DNA from: an uncultured Candidatus Bathyarchaeia archaeon
GTDB taxonomy: Archaea; Thermoproteota; Bathyarchaeia; Bathyarchaeales; Bathyarchaeaceae
Reading direction: 5' to 3'
Assembly: GCA_964418675.1 (NCBI GenBank)
Contig: CAYQMM010000001.1
Coordinates: 68,892 to 132,891 of the forward strand
DNA length: 64,000 nt
Shown: positions 36,272 through 44,658 of the stretch, in pieces
Position numbering within the stretch: position 1 is the stretch's first letter
Layout: each line of letters begins with the position of its first letter
Notes under the pieces: model-generated
Told to the model about the DNA's origin: nothing
Database searches by the model: none
What the model saw: only the letters and a program-made list of their open reading frames with translations
Translations under genes and position numbers: made by a program

Positions 36272-39200
36272 ATGAAAGGTTCTGTGCTGGTCGTAGGTGG
36301 GGGAATAGCCGGGATTCAAGCATCCTTGGATCTCGCAGATTCAGGTTTCAAAGTTTACCTTATCGATCAAAAACCTAGCATAGGAGGAACCATGCCTCAG
36401 CTGGACAAGACGTTTCCAACAAACGACTGTGCCATGTGCATTTTGTCACCAAAACTGGTTAACACATACAGGCATCCGAACATAGAAATAATAGGTAACG
36501 CTGACATCATTGATTTTAGTGGTGCTCCAGGGGATTTCAAGGTAAAACTGTTGAAAAGACCGAGATACGTCGACCCTGAAAAATGCAACGGTTGTGGAGA
36601 ATGTGCACAATCTTGTCCGGTTAGGGCTCTCGATGCCTTCAACAGAAATCTCAGTAAGAAAAGCGCCATATCCGTGATGTATCCCCAAGCAGTTCCCCTC
36701 GTTTACTCCATCGACAGAAACGCATGCATTGGATGCGGACTTTGCGAGAAAGTCTGCAAAAGAAAAGCTATAGATTACGACCAGCAGACTAGCCCAACTG
36801 AATTGAACGTTGGAGCCGTCATTCTCGCAACTGGTGCAGGACTTTTTGATCCGTCAACCATGAAAAAATATGGGTATCACTATGCAGATGTGATTACGAG
36901 CGCTGAGTTTGAAAGAATTTTAAGCGCCAGCGGCCCCTACGGAGGTGTCGTCCTTCGTCCTTCAGACGGAAAAAGACCTAAAACCATTGGGTTTATTCAA
37001 TGTGTCGGCTCGAGGAACCCTAGCATTGGTAGGGAATTGTGCTCCGCCGTCTGCTGTATGTACGCAACAAAAGAAGCTATAGTAGCAAAAGAACACGACC
37101 CAGAACTGGACATAACAATCTTCTACATAGACTTACGCGCTTTTGGGAAGGGATTCGAAGAATTTACTGAGAGGGCAATGAGAGAATATGGCATAAAATA
37201 CGTAAGGTGTGAAGTTCCAGAGGTATCTCTCAATAAAGACAAGAGTGGTCTCACAGTTTTCTACGAAGACCCCGTTACTAATGAACTTAAAAGCATGGAT
37301 TTAGATTTACTTGTTCTCTCAGTGGGATTGACCCCTCCCAGCACGCTTCTTTCGCTCAAAGAAATTATGGGTTTGGAACTAAACGATTTCGGATATGTGA
37401 ATACTAGACTAACCAGTCCCGTAGAAACTAATATTACAGGGATATATGTTTGTGGCGCATCCCAAGGACCAAAGGACATTCCTGATTCAGTTGCACAGGC
37501 GAGCGCAGCAGCTGCAAAGGCAGAGGTGCTTCTATCTTCTGCAAGGAATCAGCTGATTACAACTAAGGAGTATCCGAAAGAGAAGGCTATTCCAGAAGAA
37601 CCAAGAATTGGGGTTTTCGTTTGTCACTGTGGCATAAACATCGGAGGAATAGTGGACGTCCGAGAAGTGGTCGAATACGTGAAAAAATTACCATATGTGG
37701 TTCATGCAGAGAGAAACCTATACACGTGTTCTCAGGACACCCAGGAAAGAATAAAGGAAGTCATAATAGAAAAGAATTTGAACCGGGTTATAGTCGCATC
37801 TTGTACTCCGAGAACTCATGAATCCATCTTCAGGAACACTTGCAGAGAAGCTGGTTTAAACCAATATCTTTTCGAGTTCTGCAACATTAGGGAGCAGTGT
37901 TCATGGGTTCACATGAGGGATAAGAAGAGTGCGACAGAAAAAGCAAAAGATATCCTTAGGATGGGTGTTGCAAGGGCTAGATTTTTGAAGCCTCTTGAAA
38001 CTAAGTTAATTTCTGTAAAGAAGAGTGCTCTGGTCATTGGTGGTGGCATTTCAGGGATGACGGCGAGCTTGGATATTGCAAATCAGGGCTTCGAAGTCTA
38101 TCTTATAGAAAAGCGAGATCAGCTCGGCGGATTTGTACGAAATATAGAAGAGATGCAGGATGGAACCAAGGCAATTGAAATCCTTGAAGAAATAATAAAG
38201 AAGGTTGAAAATCACCCAAAAATCAGAGTATTCAAGAATTCAGAGGTCATGGAAGTCGAAGGTTTCGTCGGAAACTTTAAGGCAAAAATCAACACGGAAA
38301 GAAAAGTGGAAGAAGTGGAATTTGGAGCAGCGATAATTGCGGTTGGGGCGGAGATGCTAGAACCCCAAGGTCTCTTTCACTATGGAGAAAGTAACAAAAT
38401 CATTACTCAAAAAATGTTGGAACCTATGATAACAGGAAAATGGATGTGGGATGAAAAGAGGGGTGTAAAGACTGTTGTTATGATCCAATGTGTAGGTTCC
38501 AGGGACGAAAATAGACCGTACTGTTCCAGAGTTTGTTGTACAGAGGCAATAAAAAACGCTATCAGAATTAAGAAACTAAACCCTGACACTGAAGTCTACA
38601 TACTGTACCGGGACATACGTGCATACGGGCTGTGGGAAGCACTATACAGAGAGGCAAGAGACCTTGGAGTAATCTTCTTGAGTTATACTAATGAAAATAG
38701 CCCTTCGGTTAATCCAAAGAATTTGACAGTTGAGATATATGATCCAATGTTCAATTCGAAATTGAGATTGAGGCCAGACCTCATAGTTCTGAGTAGCGCA
38801 ATAGTGCCGAGAGACGATTATGATGAACTAAGCAAAATTTTCAAGGTTCCTCTGGACCCCAACGGTTTCTTTTTGGAGGCTCATGTGAAGCTTAGGCCTG
38901 TTGACTTTGCAACGGATGGGGTGTTTGTTTGTGGAACCGCCCATTATCCGAAGATGATATACGAGAGCATAGCGCAGGCGAGCGCAGCGGCGTCCCATGC
39001 CTGCACAATATTATCGAAGGATTGCATAGAATCTGAAGGTGCCGTCGGGGTGGTTGATGAGGAGAAATGTAAGGGATGTGGCATTTGTGTTGAGATTTGT
39101 CCCTTCAAGGCAATAGAACTTCAGCCCGAGGAAATGATCCTAGAGAAGGTTAAGTTCCTAACAAGGAAGGCGTATATTAACCCCATAACCTGCAAGGGCT

Positions 39201-39367
39201 GTGGATCCTGTGCAGTAGCATGCCCCGTCGGAGCAATAACACCTCAGCACTTTTCAAAACAACAAATCGAGGCAAGCTTACAAGCAGCCATCATAAAATC
39301 TCAAGAGACCGCGGATTTACTCTCCGTACCAATGGTCGAAAAAACTCAAAAAAGTTCGGGTAGTTAA
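36272..39367 (+). CDS. hdrA: Tandem-fused HdrA-like flavoprotein, copy 2
   Basis: About 1031 aa. ATG 36272 is preceded by AGGTGA; GTG 36260 is an alternative. Same domain order as copy 1 (VVGGGIAGIQ, FPTNDCAMCIL, CNGCGECAQSCP, CVGSRN...CSAVCCMYATK, RIGVFVCHCGINIGG, LVIGGGISGMT, CVGSRDENRPYCSRVCC, CKGCGICVEICP / CKGCGSCAVACP). Confidence 0.85.
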   Translation: MKGSVLVVGGGIAGIQASLDLADSGFKVYLIDQKPSIGGTMPQLDKTFPTNDCAMCILSPKLVNTYRHPNIEIIGNADIIDFSGAPGDFKVKLLKRPRYVDPEKCNGCGECAQSCPVRALDAFNRNLSKKSAISVMYPQAVPLVYSIDRNACIGCGLCEKVCKRKAIDYDQQTSPTELNVGAVILATGAGLFDPSTMKKYGYHYADVITSAEFERILSASGPYGGVVLRPSDGKRPKTIGFIQCVGSRNPSIGRELCSAVCCMYATKEAIVAKEHDPELDITIFYIDLRAFGKGFEEFTERAMREYGIKYVRCEVPEVSLNKDKSGLTVFYEDPVTNELKSMDLDLLVLSVGLTPPSTLLSLKEIMGLELNDFGYVNTRLTSPVETNITGIYVCGASQGPKDIPDSVAQASAAAAKAEVLLSSARNQLITTKEYPKEKAIPEEPRIGVFVCHCGINIGGIVDVREVVEYVKKLPYVVHAERNLYTCSQDTQERIKEVIIEKNLNRVIVASCTPRTHESIFRNTCREAGLNQYLFEFCNIREQCSWVHMRDKKSATEKAKDILRMGVARARFLKPLETKLISVKKSALVIGGGISGMTASLDIANQGFEVYLIEKRDQLGGFVRNIEEMQDGTKAIEILEEIIKKVENHPKIRVFKNSEVMEVEGFVGNFKAKINTERKVEEVEFGAAIIAVGAEMLEPQGLFHYGESNKIITQKMLEPMITGKWMWDEKRGVKTVVMIQCVGSRDENRPYCSRVCCTEAIKNAIRIKKLNPDTEVYILYRDIRAYGLWEALYREARDLGVIFLSYTNENSPSVNPKNLTVEIYDPMFNSKLRLRPDLIVLSSAIVPRDDYDELSKIFKVPLDPNGFFLEAHVKLRPVDFATDGVFVCGTAHYPKMIYESIAQASAAASHACTILSKDCIESEGAVGVVDEEKCKGCGICVEICPFKAIELQPEEMILEKVKFLTRKAYINPITCKGCGSCAVACPVGAITPQHFSKQQIEASLQAAIIKSQETADLLSVPMVEKTQKSSGS

Positions 39368-39381
39368 TAAGGTATCCAAGT

Positions 39382-40404
39382 TTACGTGATTTCTTCGGAT
39401 TTTAGGATTATGTCAACTTTGGCTGCTGCACAACTTCCCTGTGCAATAGAGTAAGCGATGTCTTTTAACCCGCTAGCTGCACCGGCTACAAAAACACCTT
39501 TTACGTTTGTGCCAACTGGCCTTTCGACTACCTGAAAAAATCCTGAATCCGATAACTCGAGATTCAACTTATCCTTGAAAAAAACAGTAGCTGGATCAGG
39601 AACTCCGCCGGTAGAAAGTACCACAAGGTCGGACTCGAGGAAAACTAAATCATTCTCTAATGTATCTTCCACCTGAACCAAAAAAGCATCCTTGACTTTC
39701 CGGACTCTAGCAGGTTTTCCTCTGAGAAATCGGACGCCCAACAGTCTAGCATTATTATAGTCAAACTCGCCTTTATATGGAGCTCTTATGTCCATATACA
39801 ATATGGTTATCATCATTTCTGGGTGCATTTTTTTGATCTGCTGTGCGAACTTAATGGCATACATGCAGCAAAAGGAGGAGCAGTAGGTATTCGTATTGTT
39901 GTCCCTTGAGCCGACACATTGGATTATAGATATGGAAGTTGGTCTCTTCAAATCTGAAGGTCTTACGAGGTTTCCCTTCTTGACCATTTCTTCCAACTCC
40001 AAAGAGGTTACCACATCCTTATATTTGCCATATCCATACCGCCTCAAAGGTGAAGGGTCATAAGGTTTGAACCCAATAGCCAAGACAACGGCATTGACAC
40101 CTAGGCTCTTTTCCTCATTTAAACTCTTCACTTTAACCTTGAACTCTGGAAATTTTCCTGTAACGTCCAGAATTTCAGAGTTCTTCACGACCGTGATGTT
40201 CTCCTTGTCCTCAATCTCGCTCAAAAGGCTCGAAAGCAGATCCGATGCCTTCTCACCCGTTGGGAAGAGTTCACCTAGGTTCTTCAGGTTTCCTCCAAGT
40301 TGGTGCTCTCTCTCGACCAGAAAAACATGGTGTCCAAAGTCTGCGAGATCCAGTGAAGCTTGAAGACCCGCAACTCCAGAACCAACCACTAATACTCTAC
40401 TCAT
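39382..40404 (-). CDS. hdrA: Minimal HdrA-like FAD/[4Fe-4S] protein (thioredoxin-reductase-like core only)
   Basis: 340 aa; VLVVGSGVAGLQ, IQCVGSRDNNTNTYCSSFCCMYAIK. No N-terminal Cys domain, no ferredoxin inserts, and no FPTxDCxxC cysteines (LFPTGEKASD instead). Confidence 0.8.
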   Translation of the reverse strand: MSRVLVVGSGVAGLQASLDLADFGHHVFLVEREHQLGGNLKNLGELFPTGEKASDLLSSLLSEIEDKENITVVKNSEILDVTGKFPEFKVKVKSLNEEKSLGVNAVVLAIGFKPYDPSPLRRYGYGKYKDVVTSLELEEMVKKGNLVRPSDLKRPTSISIIQCVGSRDNNTNTYCSSFCCMYAIKFAQQIKKMHPEMMITILYMDIRAPYKGEFDYNNARLLGVRFLRGKPARVRKVKDAFLVQVEDTLENDLVFLESDLVVLSTGGVPDPATVFFKDKLNLELSDSGFFQVVERPVGTNVKGVFVAGAASGLKDIAYSIAQGSCAAAKVDIILKSEEIT

Positions 40405-40834
40405 TCATAGCACCAACGGTTTTTCGCATAGGATTAGGTTCTAACTCTTTCAACTCGTCCGTAAATTCTCTAATCACGCTTGCGAATTTCGGTCCTTCAG
40501 AAGCAGATATCCACTCCAGTCTTAATCTTTTGGCTTCAAACCCCACATATTCTAAGGCTTTCATCGTTTCCCTTATCCTCTTTTCAGTTTTGTAGTTGCC
40601 TTCAATATAGTGGCAGTCACCTAGATGGCAGCCTGCAACGAGAACTCCGTCTGCTCCCCTGAGAAAAGCTTTCAAAATGAAGGCTGGATCAACTCGACTT
40701 GAGCACATCACTCGTATTATCCTTATTGTAGGAGGATATTGAATTCTACTAACCCCTGCTAAATCTGCCCCCGCGTAGGAACACCAGTTACATGCAAAAA
40801 CCACAATTCTCGGTTCAAACTCGTTCCTAGTCAT
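40397..40834 (-). CDS. mvhD: MvhD-like [2Fe-2S] subunit
   Basis: 145 aa; FACNWCSYAGADLAG...VMCSSRVD...GCHLGDCHY. Confidence 0.85.
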   Translation of the reverse strand: MTRNEFEPRIVVFACNWCSYAGADLAGVSRIQYPPTIRIIRVMCSSRVDPAFILKAFLRGADGVLVAGCHLGDCHYIEGNYKTEKRIRETMKALEYVGFEAKRLRLEWISASEGPKFASVIREFTDELKELEPNPMRKTVGAMNE

Positions 40835-40841
40835 TAATTAA

Positions 40842-41903
40842 TCACCTTTTGTCAATTAATTCTGTCAAGAAAACCGTTAGATCTTTAACATCAATGTCAA
40901 AATCTTTTATCGGCGGTTTTTCATTCTTCACGCAATTCAGATGCGCATAACATTTTGGGCACGCAGTAATTAGCGTCTTTGAATCTGTATCTATTGCCCT
41001 TTCCAGTTTTTCCACCATTAGAAACTTGCCCTCTGGATTACATGAAATCCACGCAGATACCCCACAACATTGTGCATCTTCCCTGGACTCATCAAGTTCT
41101 TTGAATGTGAGACCTTTCACTTTTGACAGCACATTTCTAGGTGCATCATACACTCCCATGTGTCTGCCAAGCCTACATGGGTCATGGTATGTGACTGTGG
41201 TGCCGTTGGTTTCAATGTCTAATTTATCCCTGTTTTTCTCAAGTATTTGGGATATGTGTTTTATCTCCAAGTCAAGTTCGTAATCTTTTGAAAATGTTCT
41301 GAAACATTCTGCGCAAGAGGTGACGAGAGTTTTGATACCGCTTTCATTTATTTTTGCTTCATTGTACTTTCTTAGTGCATTGAAAGTAGCGTTATAGCCC
41401 TGCCAGAGTGCGTCGTGCCCGCAGCATTTTAAGGATAAAATTCTGGGTTTGATATCAATTAGGTTTAGTAGCGTGATGCTTGACTCACCGATCGCATGGA
41501 AATCTACGCCGACATCTAAAAAACAGTCAAAAAAGTCGAGACAGCCAGGGAAATAAGCAATGTCACTGTTTTGATCTATTTCTCCTTTGAAGTCTGTAGG
41601 CACTCCATGAGCATCAGGATATTTCGTCATGATTTCGCAGATAAGTGAAAAAATTGATTTATGAGCGATTACTTCTTCATCAACCTCTTGGTTTCTCAGG
41701 TCTCGAACAAAGTCTACGTAGTTAACCTCTTGTGGGCAGTACTGTGAACAAAGTCCGCAGGTAAGACATTCCCACGAGACCTCTCTTTTATTCTCCAATA
41801 GAAACTTGTTAATTTTGAAGCGAGGGGAATACTTAGAAATCCGCCTTCTTGGGCAAATTCCTGTGCACAGCCCGCATTGGTAACAACTATTTATCAGCGA
41901 CAT
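40842..41903 (-). CDS. Fused HdrC/HdrB-like protein (HdrD/GlpC-like): 2x[4Fe-4S] plus two CCG domains
   Basis: 353 aa. N-terminal CYQCGLCTGICP, CLTCGLCSQYCP. Then FPGCLDFF...KCCGHD...SCAECFR and HDPCRLGR...QCCGVS...ACPKCYA. Confidence 0.8.
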   Translation of the reverse strand: MSLINSCYQCGLCTGICPRRRISKYSPRFKINKFLLENKREVSWECLTCGLCSQYCPQEVNYVDFVRDLRNQEVDEEVIAHKSIFSLICEIMTKYPDAHGVPTDFKGEIDQNSDIAYFPGCLDFFDCFLDVGVDFHAIGESSITLLNLIDIKPRILSLKCCGHDALWQGYNATFNALRKYNEAKINESGIKTLVTSCAECFRTFSKDYELDLEIKHISQILEKNRDKLDIETNGTTVTYHDPCRLGRHMGVYDAPRNVLSKVKGLTFKELDESREDAQCCGVSAWISCNPEGKFLMVEKLERAIDTDSKTLITACPKCYAHLNCVKNEKPPIKDFDIDVKDLTVFLTELIDKR

Positions 41904-42915
41904 GTATTCCCCTCAAGAGTTTGTTTATTTGAGATGCGACAGCACCCGCCTGCGCTAGAGAATAGTCTATATCTTTTGGGCCACAGGCTGCACCTACCAC
42001 AAAAACTCGATTTGCATCTGTACCCAAAGGTCTATTGTGAACCTTGAAAAACCCCGTACCGTCCAATGAAACCTTCATCATCTGACTTAACTCCTCTGTT
42101 TCTGGAGGAGGAATTCCCCCAACGGACAGAACGACCAAGTCAGATTCAATGCTGTGCGGTTCGCTCGTCAAAGTGTCCTCGAAATTGAGGACTAATTTAT
42201 TATCTTTTTCGAAAATTTCTGCTGGTCTAGCCCTAATGAACTTCACGCCGATGTTTCTAGCATCCAAATATAGATTCTCATAGAGGTAAGGGGTTCTGAT
42301 GTCCATGTACATAACCCTTACTTCTATGTCAGGATATTCTCTTTTAATAAGAAGTGCATTTTTCACAGCTAGAGTACAACAAAAATAGGAACAATATCTA
42401 TATGCCTGAGCATCTCTAAATCCAACGCACTGAACAAATGTTACCGATTTGGGCTTCTCAGAGTTCGAGGGTCTTATCAGCTTTCCTTCTTTCATCACTC
42501 TTTCCAGGTCTACTGAAGTTATCACATCTCCATACCTGTTGTATCCATATTCCGTCTTTTCTGTTGGATCATAAGGAACAAAGCCTGTTGCAAGAACTAT
42601 TGCATCAACGTCGAAGGTGTCATGCTTACCTGCGGCGTCGATTGTAACTCTGAAAGCACGGGCTTTTTCTTCAAACTTGCAGAGAGTTGAATCCGTCAGG
42701 ATTGATATGTTATCGTGTGTTTTTGCTTTTTCCTTGAAGGTGGAGAGAAATTCCTCTGCTCTCTCGTTTGTAGGAAGGATTTTGTATAGATTCTTCAGAT
42801 TGCCTCCTAGTTCTCCTTCCTTCTCGACTAGGTATACCCGATGGCCCATATTAGCTAAGTCTAATGAAGACTGAACCCCAGCGATACCGCCGCCTACCAC
42901 CAACACTCTACCCAT
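41887..42915 (-). CDS. hdrA: Minimal HdrA-like FAD/[4Fe-4S] protein (thioredoxin-reductase-like core only)
   Basis: Start at ATG 42915 (MGRVLVVGGGIAGVQ), overlapping the hdrB stop in ATGGGTAG. VQCVGFRDAQAYRYCSYFCCTLAVK. The ORF-track 5' extension lies inside hdrB. Confidence 0.8.
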   Translation of the reverse strand: MGRVLVVGGGIAGVQSSLDLANMGHRVYLVEKEGELGGNLKNLYKILPTNERAEEFLSTFKEKAKTHDNISILTDSTLCKFEEKARAFRVTIDAAGKHDTFDVDAIVLATGFVPYDPTEKTEYGYNRYGDVITSVDLERVMKEGKLIRPSNSEKPKSVTFVQCVGFRDAQAYRYCSYFCCTLAVKNALLIKREYPDIEVRVMYMDIRTPYLYENLYLDARNIGVKFIRARPAEIFEKDNKLVLNFEDTLTSEPHSIESDLVVLSVGGIPPPETEELSQMMKVSLDGTGFFKVHNRPLGTDANRVFVVGAACGPKDIDYSLAQAGAVASQINKLLRGIHVADK

Positions 42916-43783
42916 TGGAAACCCCCAGTTTCTCCAAGAATTTATCCGTGGGTATCTTGTGGATAACGTTAAGTCCGAGGTCCTTTGCGTCAAATCCGAG
43001 AGCCAGCCCAAGAAGTTCGGCATAAAAGAGTATGGGAACGTTCAATTCTTTGTTGAACTTCTTTTTGGCGACAACTTGTCCAATATCGAACTGTTTGAAA
43101 CAGAATGGACAACCGACCACTATTGCATCGACCACGCCTTTTCTTTCAATAGACTCTATTGCCAATAACTGTGCGGCATCTAAATCACAAAGTGACAGAA
43201 CCGATCCACAACATTGTTCGGTCCCCACCGGCCTAACAATTCTGGCTCCTGTTAATGCCACAAGTTCTTCAAGTTTCTTCGGGTTTTCGGGGTCATCGAA
43301 TCCAAGAACATCGCTTGGTCTGAGGATGTGGCAACCATTATGACAGGAGACAGATATGTCATTCAAGTTAAAAACTATCTTTTCCTTAATCTTTGAAGGC
43401 CCAACGATATCGTACATCAGTTGGTGAAAGTGAAACACCCGTGATTTTCCTTTGTAGGATAGACCTATTTTTTTCAGAGTCTTGTCGACTCTATTTCTCA
43501 GATAAGTGTCTCTTAGCGCGAAAATTGCTTTATTCAATGAAGAGAAACACCCGTTACACAAAGTTAAAATGTCTAGACCCTCCTTCTCCGCTAGGGCAAT
43601 ATTTCTCGCAGAGAAAACTAGGGATGTGTAATAATCCATAGCTTCTGTAAGCTCACCGCAACAACCAAAATCCGCGATGTCTACAAGCTTAATCTTAAAG
43701 GCATCTGCAATTTTCCTGACCGAAGCTTCATAATTGTAAACCTGAGTTGGAACATTACACCCGAGAAAAAATGCAAGCTTCAT
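42908..43783 (-). CDS. hdrB: HdrB-like subunit with two intact CCG domains
   Basis: 291 aa; LGCNVPT...FGCCGE...LCNGCFS and CHNGCHILRP...QCCGSV...GCPFCFK. Confidence 0.85.
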   Translation of the reverse strand: MKLAFFLGCNVPTQVYNYEASVRKIADAFKIKLVDIADFGCCGELTEAMDYYTSLVFSARNIALAEKEGLDILTLCNGCFSSLNKAIFALRDTYLRNRVDKTLKKIGLSYKGKSRVFHFHQLMYDIVGPSKIKEKIVFNLNDISVSCHNGCHILRPSDVLGFDDPENPKKLEELVALTGARIVRPVGTEQCCGSVLSLCDLDAAQLLAIESIERKGVVDAIVVGCPFCFKQFDIGQVVAKKKFNKELNVPILFYAELLGLALGFDAKDLGLNVIHKIPTDKFLEKLGVSNG

Positions 43784-44247
43784 CGGACCAGCTCCGCCAA
43801 TCCGGTTATTTTAGCGATTTCCTTAAAGTCCTTCGAAACATCTGCTTTCAGTTCTGGCAGCCCCAAACCCCCTCTTTTTTGCGCAGTAAATTTAGTGATG
43901 TCACTACTGCGACCTACGGCTAGAATTTTCTTATTTCCTTCCTTCAGAGATGACGGGACAGATCCATTTTGCGATATAAGATTTGTTATGGAATGTACAA
44001 CTTCAATTGGCTTGATTTCTTGAGGGCATCGCTCATAACATATATAGCAAGTGAGGCAGTACCAGAGGAATTTATTGTTAATATCAATTCTGTTTTCTTT
44101 TTTATGTTTGACTATTTTTCTTATATTGTATTCAGGGACCAGCCTTGTAACCGGACATCCACCAGTGCATGTTCCACACTGATAACATAGATGGAGATTA
44201 TCCATATTATGATTCTCATTTATTTCATTCGAGGAACCTTTGTCCAT
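43780..44247 (-). CDS. hdrC: HdrC-like 2x[4Fe-4S] subunit
   Basis: 155 aa; CYQCGTCTGGCP and CLTCYICYERCP. A TTTATATC TATA-like box lies about 16 nt upstream of ATG 44247. ATG 44205 is an alternative start. Confidence 0.8.
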   Translation of the reverse strand: MDKGSSNEINENHNMDNLHLCYQCGTCTGGCPVTRLVPEYNIRKIVKHKKENRIDINNKFLWYCLTCYICYERCPQEIKPIEVVHSITNLISQNGSVPSSLKEGNKKILAVGRSSDITKFTAQKRGGLGLPELKADVSKDFKEIAKITGLAELVR

Positions 44248-44658
44248 TTCGGATCCCTAATTAGATATAAACCATCATAATTATCGTAATATTAAGACTT
44301 TCGTTTTCCCCCTTTCCGTCGGCGAAGTCGCGATAGGAGCCAAATGGAGAAAGAATTTCTGGAACCATTTATATGCATGTCCAATCCAGTAGAAAAGGCG
44401 GGGAGAATGGTTGGCTAAGCGACAAACGGATATCTGTGGTTGCGTTTTTGAGGTTCAACAGGGCATAATGGTTTGCATCAAGCGCTGTCCAAAACATAGC
44501 AGACCTAAGCCAAAGCGTCCCTTCAGACCCAAGGCTGAATGTGTCAGACCCTAAACACAAAGCTCTGCCGTTCCACCTGAGAGAGGGAGATTCCTACCGT
44601 CGAATCAGAGATTTTTTTAATGGGAGGGAGAAATATAACCTAACGGATACGAATAAAG

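Noticed and set aside
21179-42915. Possible selenocysteine (in-frame TGA) or frameshift in the hdrA-like genes, as in some methanogen HdrA
   Set aside because: All five hdrA-like ORFs are uninterrupted. Cys is encoded at the FPTxDCxxC positions where that motif is present.
44369-44560. 63-aa minus-strand ORF in the hdrC/polB spacer
   Set aside because: The translation has no protein-like pattern, no SD or promoter context, and a TTG/GTG-type start only. The region is treated instead as a possible ncRNA or decayed DNA (see findings).
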